Assembly: GCA_964481825.1 (NCBI GenBank)
Contig: CAYZUE010000001.1
Span: 1-60,902 of the forward strand
Origin: Candidatus Hydrothermarchaeota archaeon
Lineage (GTDB): Archaea; Hydrothermarchaeota; Hydrothermarchaeia; Hydrothermarchaeales; JALUUU01
Direction: 5' to 3'
DNA: 60,902 nucleotides
Made by a program: the position numbers and the translations under genes
Notes under the pieces: generated by a model
Databases searched by the model: none
Told to the model about the DNA's origin: nothing
What the model saw: only the letters and a program-made list of their open reading frames with translations
Shown here: positions 24,338 through 33,769 of the stretch, one piece after another
Layout: each line of letters starts with the position of its first letter
Numbering within the stretch: position 1 is the first letter of the stretch

Positions 24338-24860
24338 TGTTTTTTTTGAATTTTTAGGAAATATCCAATACAGGGAATGTTTATTGGATGAGGTTGCATC
24401 GATGGTTAGCCGGAAAGATAAAGTTCTTGATATTGCAACTGGCACTGGTTATTTGGCGAAAAATTTGATAACAAGGAGTAAGGACCTTTTCTGTTTGGAT
24501 CAAAATATAATTGCGATTAATAATATTCACAATGATGGATTGAATGGGATAGTTGGAGATGCTAACAATTTTCCATTTAAATCCAATACTTTTAATAAGG
24601 TTTTATCATGGTCTGCTCTAGTCCATATTCCACTATGGAGAAATGTATTGGAAGAAGCTTTTAGAGTCACTTGTATAAATGGAAAAGTTGCAATTCTTGA
24701 GCCAAAAGGTGCCTATTCTATAAGGGCCTTTAGGGATTTCACTTGTAGTCATAAACCACCTCATTTCAAGAGCATTGTTAATGAATTTAAAAATTATTGT
24801 GATCCTCAAGTGTTAGATCGGGGGTTTGCAACAATTATTTCTGGAGAAAAAAAATTTTAA
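24324..24860 (+). CDS. Class I SAM-dependent methyltransferase
   Basis: Motif I VLDIATGTGY, later DANNFPF and KVLSWSAL. I prefer the ATG at 24324 (MTENN) over the track start at 24276, which would overlap purB by 62 nt. Confidence 0.7.
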   Translation: MTENNVFFEFLGNIQYRECLLDEVASMVSRKDKVLDIATGTGYLAKNLITRSKDLFCLDQNIIAINNIHNDGLNGIVGDANNFPFKSNTFNKVLSWSALVHIPLWRNVLEEAFRVTCINGKVAILEPKGAYSIRAFRDFTCSHKPPHFKSIVNEFKNYCDPQVLDRGFATIISGEKKF

Positions 24861-24913
24861 AGCAGGTTATAAATCTTCTAGGAGCTCTAGCTCTTTTTCA
24901 TCTAGTAAAGTAG

Positions 24914-25348
24914 TCATTCAATTTCTAATACCGATATACCAGTTATTTCCTCAAGTCTCTTAGAGGATGCCAAACTTAAATGTGTGTCGAGAAATCCGCG
25001 TTTCTCACTACTTATTATGAGTAAATCTCCTTTACTTTCCTTCAAGAATCTCTCAAGTTCTTCCATTATATTGCCAGTTCTAATTGCAGTGGCAACTTTA
25101 GCTTCTTTTTTACTCGCCTTTTCCCGAGCTCTTTCAAGGATAATACGTCCTATTCTATTTAGATCTTTTTCAGCTCTATTAACACCATGAATACGCCTTG
25201 GAATTCCACTTAGAAAACTTGTATCTACAATGTAAATAAATGTAATTTTACAATTTTCTTTTATTGCTATTTTGATGCCTTTATCCACCGCTTTCTTACA
25301 TCCATCGGATCCAATTGTTAAAACTACAATATGCGATATTTTACCCAT
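24914..25348 (-). CDS. Universal stress protein (UspA family)
   Basis: USP-like alpha/beta pattern (HIVVLTIGSDG ... DLLIISSEKRG). ATG at 25348 has a GAGAGGA Shine-Dalgarno-like element upstream; the track start at 25363 is TTG. Confidence 0.65.
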   Translation of the reverse strand: MGKISHIVVLTIGSDGCKKAVDKGIKIAIKENCKITFIYIVDTSFLSGIPRRIHGVNRAEKDLNRIGRIILERAREKASKKEAKVATAIRTGNIMEELERFLKESKGDLLIISSEKRGFLDTHLSLASSKRLEEITGISVLEIE

Positions 25349-25359
25349 GATTAATCCTC

Positions 25360-26763
25360 TCAATATCGAATTAATAAATATGCTGTTGATAATATCATTG
25401 AAACTATTGCAACAGGCATACCTATTTTTATAAAATCTTTAAAGCGTATTGCGTATCCAGAACGCTCTGCAATACCAGCAGCTACAATATTAGATGATGC
25501 ACCGATAATGGTAGCATTTCCACCAAAATCGGCTCCTAATGCAAGGGCCCACCAGAGTATATTAGGATCAATACCTGGAATAACTTGGTTTAGATATTCA
25601 ACTACAGGTATCATTGATGCAGTAAATGGAATGTTATCGACAATAGCGGACATTATTCCCGAAATCCAGATAACAATAACGATAGTGGAAGTTGGGTCTT
25701 TTCCGCTTATCTGAACTACTATTTCGGCAATTGCAGGTATCAATCCATTTTTTTCAGCTGCTCCAACAATTATAAACAGCATCATAAAGAATACAAGAGT
25801 TGGCCACTCTACCTCGTCTAACATCTCTCCAATATGAGTCCGACTAATTAATAATAGAATCATAGCACCGGTCATAGCAGCAATACTAGGTTCCATTTTC
25901 AACTCGTCATGAAGAAAGAAGAGTACAATAACAAATCCTAGGACGATGAGACATTGGTTTAGAAGAGCTTGATTTTCTATCTTATATTCCCTTTTTAGTC
26001 TTTTTAATAATTCAGGAACATTATTATTTTTGTTCTTTTTATATTCCTTACTAAAAAAGAAGTACATCATTCCAATTAGAGCCAGTAGTGTAATTAATGC
26101 GATGGGTCCAAGATTAAATAAAAAAGCATTAAAGCTCAAACCTGAAGATGATCCTATCAGAATATTTGGGGGATCTCCGATAAGTGTAGCAGTTCCTCCA
26201 ATATTTGATGCCATTATCTCTGGAAATATTAAAGCCCAGGGATTTATTCGTAAAATAAGAGCAATTTCAATTGTGACGGGGGTTAATAAGAGAATTGTAG
26301 TAACGTTATCTAATAGAGCAGACAGTACTGCTGTAACTATCATAAGTATAATTGTTAATCTCCAAATATCACCTTTGGCTAATTCATAAGATTTGTAGGC
26401 TGTCCATTGAAACACTCCTGTGCCGCGCATAATCGCAACTATGATCATCATCCCCATTAGAAGAAATACAACATTGAAGTCAATAGCATCAATTGCATCG
26501 TTAAAGGATAATATTTGATAATTTTTATTAAAGGCACCTAATGTAGTGCTTATAAATAATATTGTAGAAGCTCCTAAAAGAGCAGCTAGAGTGCGATGGA
26601 TTAGGTCAAACGCAATTAATACATAAACTATAACCAGCACTAATCCAGAAATAATCATAGGTTCTAGAGGAATTTCTGGATTGATATTATCCATGCCTGA
26701 TACCAATTCAGGAATTAGGATAATTACAGAAATAAGTAGGATTAAGGCGATTGAAAATTTCAT
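25360..26763 (-). CDS. ArsB/NhaD-superfamily (citrate-transporter-like) permease
   Basis: 467 aa, about 11-12 hydrophobic helices, internal duplication, LDNVTT and DNIPFT motifs characteristic of this ion-transporter superfamily. Confidence 0.7.
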   Translation of the reverse strand: MKFSIALILLISVIILIPELVSGMDNINPEIPLEPMIISGLVLVIVYVLIAFDLIHRTLAALLGASTILFISTTLGAFNKNYQILSFNDAIDAIDFNVVFLLMGMMIIVAIMRGTGVFQWTAYKSYELAKGDIWRLTIILMIVTAVLSALLDNVTTILLLTPVTIEIALILRINPWALIFPEIMASNIGGTATLIGDPPNILIGSSSGLSFNAFLFNLGPIALITLLALIGMMYFFFSKEYKKNKNNNVPELLKRLKREYKIENQALLNQCLIVLGFVIVLFFLHDELKMEPSIAAMTGAMILLLISRTHIGEMLDEVEWPTLVFFMMLFIIVGAAEKNGLIPAIAEIVVQISGKDPTSTIVIVIWISGIMSAIVDNIPFTASMIPVVEYLNQVIPGIDPNILWWALALGADFGGNATIIGASSNIVAAGIAERSGYAIRFKDFIKIGMPVAIVSMILSTAYLLIRY

Positions 26764-26813
26764 ATCTACAGTTCATAGGATTAACTTTAAATTATTATTT
26801 AGTATAAAATAAC

Positions 26814-27338
26814 TTGAAGAAGACGATATATATGGGGCAATCCTTAGTAACTAGTAGGAATCTCCAAGGAGAGTTTCAAACCACTCAAACCCTTTGCAGA
26901 TTGATTGATGGAATAATCATAAAAAAAACATCATTCAGATCAATATTGATTGTAGATAATGATAAAATAGATTCTTTAGAACTTTCTAAGAAAATAATTG
27001 AAGAGTGCTACTTTGATATAGGTAAAGCAGTTCCCATCCTTGAAGAAGTTAGTAGTAACTTTGATGATATAAAACACTGTGCAGTAAAGGTGGGACTTTC
27101 ACATATACCTAAGGGTGATAGTTTTTCGCTAAGGATTAATAAGCGTGGGAGCCATTCACTTGATAAACCAACGTCAGATTTAGAATCTGATATTGGAGGT
27201 TCTATATATGATGCTTTAGAAAAAAAGCATAATAGAACGCCCAGGGTGAATCTTAACGATCCTGATGTTAAAGTCATTGTTGAAATATTAGGTCCAAGGA
27301 GTATTATTGGGATAGTTAGAAAAGAGTGGCTAGAGTAG
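26814..27338 (+). CDS. THUMP-domain protein
   Basis: FSLRINKRGSH ... VNLNDPDVKVIVEILGPRSIIGIV matches the THUMP C-terminal pattern. TTG start; alternative ATG at 26832. Confidence 0.55.
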   Translation: MKKTIYMGQSLVTSRNLQGEFQTTQTLCRLIDGIIIKKTSFRSILIVDNDKIDSLELSKKIIEECYFDIGKAVPILEEVSSNFDDIKHCAVKVGLSHIPKGDSFSLRINKRGSHSLDKPTSDLESDIGGSIYDALEKKHNRTPRVNLNDPDVKVIVEILGPRSIIGIVRKEWLE

Positions 27339-27480
27339 GCTTAACTCTCTTCCTAGTAAATTCTTTTATGTTAGCAACACCTTTTTTTTAAATCAACAGA
27401 ACTGAATATTTTAATTTAATAGACTAAGTTTGACGCATTTATTAAATATAATTAAATAAGGGAGTTAATGATAATAAAAC

Positions 27481-28164
27481 ATGAAATCAGTCTTTTTAAA
27501 CAACATGTCCTGGAATGATGTTAAAAGTTATTTGAAGCAAAGAAAGGACATATTATTACCCTTTGGGGCAGTTGAGGAACATGGTTATCACCTTCCTCTC
27601 TCCACAGACGGGGACATTGCAAGTGCTTTAGCTCAGTCTTTATCTGAGAAGACCGGGGTTGCTATTGCACCAATTATTTGGTATGGTGTTTCAAATACTA
27701 CTAGGCGATATCCGGGAACTATTATGGTCAGGTTTGATTCCTTTAAAGAATATGTGAAAGATATCCTATTCAGCTTAAAACAAAGTAGATTCACTACAAT
27801 TTATCTTCTTTCAGGTCATTTAAGCAGCTCCCACATTGTAGCGATTCAAGAAGCAGCCAGAGATATTAAAGAGATTAAAGCATTTTTCTTGGATTTTTCA
27901 AAACTTGATTTTTTAGATATTTTAGAAACTAAGCCTTTTCATGCATGTGAAGCGGAGACATCTCTTATGCTCTATCTTAACCCCCAAAAGGTAGACATGA
28001 AGAAGGCAAATGATGAAAAAATAATTTTCGAGGATTATGCAGTAAGTGGGCTACGTAAAACTCAAAGTGGTGTATTTGGGTCGCCAACAAAAGCAACTCA
28101 AGAGAAAGGTAAATTGATTTTTAATAGAATTATCAAGGAGTTTACAGAAGTAATCGGAAGATAA
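27481..28164 (+). CDS. Creatininase-family amidohydrolase (family includes archaeal ArfB-type deformylases)
   Basis: LPFGAVEEHGYHLPLSTD metal-binding motif, later SGH and HACEAETS. Confidence 0.75.
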   Translation: MKSVFLNNMSWNDVKSYLKQRKDILLPFGAVEEHGYHLPLSTDGDIASALAQSLSEKTGVAIAPIIWYGVSNTTRRYPGTIMVRFDSFKEYVKDILFSLKQSRFTTIYLLSGHLSSSHIVAIQEAARDIKEIKAFFLDFSKLDFLDILETKPFHACEAETSLMLYLNPQKVDMKKANDEKIIFEDYAVSGLRKTQSGVFGSPTKATQEKGKLIFNRIIKEFTEVIGR

Positions 28165-28262
28165 TAGTCCATTTCCACGGAAATTTTTGAGTAATATCCT
28201 ATTTGATTAGAATATATTATTAAATTCTAGATATTAATTGAATTTTCCTGACTATCTATCAT

Positions 28263-29285
28263 CTATTTATACCAGTCCAGACTTTCGGATACATAATCTA
28301 TTAGTCGTGAAAATTGTTTTTTTGATTTTTTATTCATTGAAGTTGTATTTAAGCATTGCATTGCTAACTTTCCATATCTCAAAGAAGTTTCTTTAGCCTT
28401 ATCTAGAGCTCCACTTTCTTCAATTTTTGTTTTAATCCATTGTATCTCATCTTCTGTTGGATTTTTTTTCTCCAATAATGTTTTAAATTCCTTAAATTCT
28501 TTGCCTTTTAGTAATTCTAACGTGTAAACTATGTGTAATGGTTTCTTGCCGATTTTAATATCCCCCCCACTTGGTCTACCGTATTCTAATTCACTAGCAA
28601 AAGTTCCTATAATATCATCGGTGATGTCAAATGAGAAGCCTATATTTGTTGCAACTTTTTTTAAAATTTCACATTCATCGGGGGAAGCACCAGCTAAAAT
28701 TGCACCAGTTTGGATCGTACAGTTAAATAAAGAAGCTGCTCTTTTGGAGGCCATAATGTTCCATTCATCTAATGATGTATTTTCAAATTCAAAAAGCAAG
28801 TCTAGGGTTTGGCTTTCATTCACATTTTTGTATTCATTTATGAACAAATTCATTACCTTCTCTATTTTTTCTTTTTCAAAACCACTTTGATAAATAACAG
28901 AAAGAGAATTTGTATAAAGTATATTCCCCGCAAATATTGTAGTAGCATTTCCAAAACGTCTATCATAATTAAAAAGCAAGTGAAATGCTTTTTCTCCCCG
29001 TCTTTTTGTGTCTTCATCGACAAGATCATCATGTAATAAAATTGCATGTCTGTATAGCTCAATACCTGCACAGACATTCAAGATTTTTTCATCTATTTTG
29101 CCTTTAAATCCCTCATATGCTAAAAGAGTAGAACAGCTTGAAATACGCTTGCCTTTACGGAGGCAGAAGGCTTCTAATTCAGAATATACTTTCGATATAA
29201 AAGGGTGATATCGCAGATTTGATTCAGTGAATAACTTTGAAATTTCGTTGTCTATAAGTTCTGTATGTCGATCAAGGAAATTCAT
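28263..29285 (-). CDS. Polyprenyl (geranylgeranyl-type) diphosphate synthase
   Basis: First Asp-rich motif LLHDDLVDED and second FDITDDIIG; 340 aa. Confidence 0.85.
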   Translation of the reverse strand: MNFLDRHTELIDNEISKLFTESNLRYHPFISKVYSELEAFCLRKGKRISSCSTLLAYEGFKGKIDEKILNVCAGIELYRHAILLHDDLVDEDTKRRGEKAFHLLFNYDRRFGNATTIFAGNILYTNSLSVIYQSGFEKEKIEKVMNLFINEYKNVNESQTLDLLFEFENTSLDEWNIMASKRAASLFNCTIQTGAILAGASPDECEILKKVATNIGFSFDITDDIIGTFASELEYGRPSGGDIKIGKKPLHIVYTLELLKGKEFKEFKTLLEKKNPTEDEIQWIKTKIEESGALDKAKETSLRYGKLAMQCLNTTSMNKKSKKQFSRLIDYVSESLDWYK

Positions 29286-29317
29286 AGATATTAATCACAG
29301 TTATCCTTTATAATCTT

Positions 29318-29827
29318 CTAAATAAAAAGGGAAATATCCGCGTCTTTTGCAAGGTCTAGATAGGTTGCTGCACCTATGATATCATCAACTTCATCGATTA
29401 AATCTTCTTTTTTAATTCCCATAACATTCATTGTTGGTTCACAAGCATGTAATTTAGCACCGTTTTCTTTTGCCATTTTTATAGCGTCTTTTATCTCGGG
29501 GAATCCTCCTCTTTTTATTTGCTTTTTCATCATCCATGTGGCCATACGAGTCATTCCAGGAACTATCCCTATGATAGTTGGAATTGGCATACCTGGATTG
29601 CCAACTGCAGGAATCTTTAAGTTATCTATTTTATTTTTATTTATAATGTCCATTCCCCAGAATGTAAAATATACATGGACTTCATATTCCATTGCAGCAG
29701 CTGTCATAGCCAGAATAAAAGGTGGATATACCATGTCTAAAGTGCCTTTGCTGCAAATTATTACTAAGCGTCTCTTTTGATTCGATTTATCAGTTTTTTT
29801 TATTAATTTTCTCTCTTTTTTTAACAT
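29318..29827 (-). CDS. DsrE/DsrF-like family protein
   Basis: LVIICSKGTLDMVYPPFILA ... HVYFTFWGMD pattern of DsrE2/3-like proteins. I prefer ATG 29827 (MLKKERK); the track start 29857 would overlap the TusA gene. Confidence 0.65.
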   Translation of the reverse strand: MLKKERKLIKKTDKSNQKRRLVIICSKGTLDMVYPPFILAMTAAAMEYEVHVYFTFWGMDIINKNKIDNLKIPAVGNPGMPIPTIIGIVPGMTRMATWMMKKQIKRGGFPEIKDAIKMAKENGAKLHACEPTMNVMGIKKEDLIDEVDDIIGAATYLDLAKDADISLFI

Positions 29828-29838
29828 ATTTCCACACC

Positions 29839-30075
29839 CTATTTTTTTTGAAAACAAAATCTAAAAATTCCCTCTTCTTCTTCAATTTTCAATAATTTAT
29901 TCCCTGTACTTTTGCTCCAGGCAGTTAGGTCCGATTTCGACCCCTGATCTGTGGTAATAACTTCCAATATTTGCTGTGAATCAAGCTTTTTAATTGCTGC
30001 TTTTGTTTTAATTATCGGCATGGGGCACATTAATCCTTTGCAGTCTAATATTTTATCAGGTTTAATTTCATCCAT
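29839..30075 (-). CDS. tusA: TusA/SirA-like sulfur carrier protein
   Basis: 78 aa, LDCKGLMCPMPIIKTK with the conserved CPxP cysteine motif. Confidence 0.82.
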   Translation of the reverse strand: MDEIKPDKILDCKGLMCPMPIIKTKAAIKKLDSQQILEVITTDQGSKSDLTAWSKSTGNKLLKIEEEEGIFRFCFQKK

Positions 30076-30252
30076 TTATTGACACATCCATTTATTCAAA
30101 AATATAAAAACTGTAATATAAACGATTAAATTAACAAGAGTTTAATAAATAAATGTTTAAAATATCAAGTATCAATTTTTAGAATCTAAAAAGGCAATCA
30201 ATGGTGGAAATATTGATATAACAAGCTTGTAAATAAATATTTGAAGTCTACC

Positions 30253-31290
30253 TTATACATTTGTATTGGAATACTTTATCAAATCTACAATCCCTATGGG
30301 GCCTGTCATCATAACATCACCAATTGGTGTAGCTTTTGACACTCCCAAGTTGGAATTCTTAAGGATTTCTCTCCTAGGGCCAGTTATCAGTATATTCTTC
30401 AAATTATTAAGAGAGATTCCTTGGCGTATATAACATCCATGTCCACCATCTCGCAGGACCTCTTTATTTTTCAACTCTCCTTCAGAAAATTTTGAAATAT
30501 AACTTTCAAGAGTTTGTGTATTTAGAAGGTGTGAATGATGCTCAAATAATCCTAGAACTTCTATTTTATCTTTCATTAATGCTGCCATAGTATGTCCATT
30601 ACCGATGTCAATGGTAATTAGAGGATAATCTTCTATTCCGTGCATCGCACCTACAATTGCAGAAATTTTTGAATCAACTATGAATAACTTTTGGCAGTGT
30701 TTCTTTATCACCTTTGATATGGATTTCATCCGTGTGTAATATGGGGGTGGGTTAGTAAAACCCAAAGAAGTTATCTTCCCATCTTTTTCAATTGAATCCT
30801 TAAATTTTTCAAATCTGAATTCTCGATCAGATTTTTCCTTTGCATAACCATGATCTTGTACTGCTACACCTATAATGTCAAACTTAAACTCTTCCCCAAC
30901 CCTTTCAAGTATATCCTTGATTAAATGGAAGTCCACATCTTTTGTTTCAATAAGCTCACCTTGTCTACTGCCTATTTCATCTTCTGTTATTATCTCAATC
31001 CCCATTTTTTTAACTTGTTCAATATCATCTCTTAGGCTTCTTGCTGAGCTCTCGGTCATCTCTACTTTAAATCCTTTCCTCATATGTTTTTTAATAGCAT
31101 ATGATAAAGGGCCACCTCCCATTGTAGAACCGTGGAAGCACAAATTATTTTTACTAGAAACAATTTTCTTGGCTAGAATCTGAGTCATTGATGGGAAAAC
31201 CATTTTAACACTATTCTCAACAACTCCTGAATCGTTGTAAATAAGAATATCTTGGGTACCCATACCTACGTCTATAGCTAATATCCGCAT
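30253..31290 (-). CDS. ASKHA-fold (actin/sugar-kinase-like) protein, DUF1786-like
   Basis: Phosphate-1-like MRILAIDVGMGTQD at the N-terminus and a second ITIDIGNGHT motif mid-protein. I prefer ATG at 31290 over the track start at 31314. Confidence 0.6.
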   Translation of the reverse strand: MRILAIDVGMGTQDILIYNDSGVVENSVKMVFPSMTQILAKKIVSSKNNLCFHGSTMGGGPLSYAIKKHMRKGFKVEMTESSARSLRDDIEQVKKMGIEIITEDEIGSRQGELIETKDVDFHLIKDILERVGEEFKFDIIGVAVQDHGYAKEKSDREFRFEKFKDSIEKDGKITSLGFTNPPPYYTRMKSISKVIKKHCQKLFIVDSKISAIVGAMHGIEDYPLITIDIGNGHTMAALMKDKIEVLGLFEHHSHLLNTQTLESYISKFSEGELKNKEVLRDGGHGCYIRQGISLNNLKNILITGPRREILKNSNLGVSKATPIGDVMMTGPIGIVDLIKYSNTNV

Positions 31291-31336
31291 TTTGAACAGA
31301 AGAATTATTAACAAAAAACAAGATTAAGAATTATAA

Positions 31337-33112
31337 ATGGAAGTAAGAATCAGGAAAATCATCAAACCAATAGCGTATTTTTTTGCAGTATTATTTCAAA
31401 AATTGAATCTTTCAAGTAAATTTATAACAGCGTTTTTTTATTTTTTGATTCTTATAACATGTGGTGTTTTATTGTGGCTTTCATTTTCTCCGTTTTCTGA
31501 ACCGTTAATTGTTCTATTCACAATATTTATATTCATCACAGGTTTTTTTGATGAGATAAAACGAGAATTTACGGCACTTTACGGGAGTACCAAAGACAAA
31601 TTCATTCTTAACAATTACGAAGATTTACTAATAATGTTTTTAATTTTAAATTTTTTGAACTTAGGTAGTTACAAGAATATTTATGCTACGCAATTTCAGC
31701 ACGTGTTTATAGGAGTTTTACTATTTTTTGGCTTTTTGTTACTTAATTACTTAGTGCAATCAGCAATTAAAAAGGATAGAACTCCAGGCTTAGAAGTCCC
31801 TGCTGAGAGATTATTAATTCTCTCTCTGTTTGCAATTACAGGGTATACACATAATTCTCTCGAGGATTACCTGCTCATGGGGTTAATTGTTTTAACTTTC
31901 CTGATATATTGGAATATTATTTACATTGTATTTCAGAGTAAAATTTATTTGATTATAGTAGCCCTTACCTCAAAAGTTGTATCACCAACAATCGAAATTT
32001 TTTCATCAGTATCTATTTTATTAAGAGCGATTTTAGAAAAACTGTATAAACTCTTTAAAAAAATCGGAGTTAAAACTGAAGTCCCTAAGAACAAAAAAAC
32101 TTCCTGGCAAGATCATGAACAAACGTTCGAATCCGAAGTTGGGGGAGGATACAATTTCACCACGGTTATTTTAGACTCTGATACTGAGAAACCAATATCC
32201 AATACTAATGTAGAGTTATCAAATCTGGAATCAAATGATATAATCACAAATTTTACAGATACTGAAGGTAAATGTATATTTACAGAAGTAAAGGAGGGGC
32301 AGTATTTATTATCCATCGATGCGGACGATTATAATAAAATCCAATTTGAACGGTATATAAGCATCGACTCTGGAGAGACATTTAGACTTTCAAAATCTCC
32401 TATGGATTTAAGCGTTGTGGTAAATGACTTTTATAGTGACTCTTCTATTTCAAATGCTCAGGTAATAATTAAAGGAGAAGATGGGAATGAAATCGATCAG
32501 ATTACAGATAATCTAGGAGTAGCTTACTTTGATAATATCAATTCTAATTTTTTCAATTTAAGGGTAACTTCTGGAGGATATACTACGGTTGAGAAAAGCA
32601 TCACCCTAAAAAGTGAAACCGTAGTATCGATAAAACTAAAAAAAGAAGAGATTAGTAAATCTCAAAGATCATATTTGATCGAGTATGAAGATCACGGTGA
32701 TTTGGAAGATATTATCGATATGGTTATTAAGAAGTTTGATTTCAACAAGACGGATATTTATCTAGTTTCTTCCGGCGATATCTTGTTAAATTTTGATAAA
32801 AAAGGGATTAGGCCGATTGATTTCTCTTCTACCTTAGCCGAAGATGTTGAATCGCTTATTGGAGGGATATCATCTGAAGCAATTATTATATTTGAAGCAT
32901 TTACTGAACTTGTTCATCGAGTTGGACTTGATGATTCTTTAAGTTTTATGGAAGATATTACAGATCATATCAGAAAAAAAGAGCTCAATATTATTGTTTT
33001 AATTAATAAGAAGAAACATGGTGAGAATATCACAAGTATGTTTAGAAAATTTTTCCTATTTATTGCTGAGGTACGAAATGGAAAGCTGGTAGAAATAAAT
33101 GAAAGGATTTGA
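31337..33112 (+). CDS. Multidomain membrane protein: polytopic N-domain, two Ig-like (CarboxypepD_reg-type) repeats, Walker-less KaiC/DUF835-like C-domain
   Basis: About 6-7 hydrophobic helices in aa 1-240. Two repeats with the TDxxG..F..(V/I)..G.Y pattern (TDTEGKCIFTEVKEGQYLL; TDNLGVAYFDNINSNFFNL). C-terminal alpha/beta region AIIIFEAFTELVHRVGLDD...NIIVLINKK has no P-loop. Confidence 0.6.
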   Translation: MEVRIRKIIKPIAYFFAVLFQKLNLSSKFITAFFYFLILITCGVLLWLSFSPFSEPLIVLFTIFIFITGFFDEIKREFTALYGSTKDKFILNNYEDLLIMFLILNFLNLGSYKNIYATQFQHVFIGVLLFFGFLLLNYLVQSAIKKDRTPGLEVPAERLLILSLFAITGYTHNSLEDYLLMGLIVLTFLIYWNIIYIVFQSKIYLIIVALTSKVVSPTIEIFSSVSILLRAILEKLYKLFKKIGVKTEVPKNKKTSWQDHEQTFESEVGGGYNFTTVILDSDTEKPISNTNVELSNLESNDIITNFTDTEGKCIFTEVKEGQYLLSIDADDYNKIQFERYISIDSGETFRLSKSPMDLSVVVNDFYSDSSISNAQVIIKGEDGNEIDQITDNLGVAYFDNINSNFFNLRVTSGGYTTVEKSITLKSETVVSIKLKKEEISKSQRSYLIEYEDHGDLEDIIDMVIKKFDFNKTDIYLVSSGDILLNFDKKGIRPIDFSSTLAEDVESLIGGISSEAIIIFEAFTELVHRVGLDDSLSFMEDITDHIRKKELNIIVLINKKKHGENITSMFRKFFLFIAEVRNGKLVEINERI

Positions 33113-33689
33113 TTCATTCTGGATCCAATGTGTACCTATTAAATTACATCTGTGTATTTCAACTGTGTTGTTTTTTGTTTCTTTAGGAATTGGATATATC
33201 CATGCTTCTTTATACCCTGAGATGAGTCAGGAAATTTTTAAATCTCTTCAAAATATGATTTCCGAGAAGATTACAGATCCAAGACCATTTTATGTAGCAT
33301 ATTCTATCTTTTTTAATAATGTTATTGCTTCTTTTATTGTAATTATTGGAGGTATTAGTTTTGGAATCATTTCATTGTTCGGTATAATCTTTAATGGTAT
33401 AATTTTGGGTTTGGTTATAAGCATTGTGAAATCAGAATCTAGTATTCTTCTAATTTCGATTCTTCCTCATGGTATTATTGAATTACCAGTTTTTTTAATA
33501 AGTTCATCTATAGGATTAAGTTTAGGTCATCAGGTTCTAAATAAACTTAGACACAAAGCAGAATCAAATTTATTAAAAGATTTAAAAAATTGGCTCATTT
33601 TCTATTTAAAATGGTTAGTTCCTCTACTTTTAATCGCAGCTATCATTGAAGCTACAATTTCTATGAGTATAGTAAATTTCTTAAAGTAA
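33099..33689 (+). CDS. SpoIIM/DUF95-family integral membrane protein
   Basis: FFNNVIASF, IFNGIILG and LPHGIIELPVFLIS motifs typical of the SpoIIM family; overlaps the upstream ORF by 14 nt. Confidence 0.75.
   Translation: MKGFDSFWIQCVPIKLHLCISTVLFFVSLGIGYIHASLYPEMSQEIFKSLQNMISEKITDPRPFYVAYSIFFNNVIASFIVIIGGISFGIISLFGIIFNGIILGLVISIVKSESSILLISILPHGIIELPVFLISSSIGLSLGHQVLNKLRHKAESNLLKDLKNWLIFYLKWLVPLLLIAAIIEATISMSIVNFLK
33550..33593 (+). repeat. Copy A of a 44-nt duplicated segment (inside the SpoIIM-like CDS)
   Basis: GACACAAAGCAGAATCAAAT (20/20 identical) plus 19/24 identical following bases compared with 40407-40450, same orientation. Confidence 0.8.
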
Positions 33690-33769
33690 ATTATTCAAAT
33701 ATTTTCAACATCCTTATCATCTTAATTTAATACGAACAATATTTATTTTTCTTTTGCGTAAACATAGTT

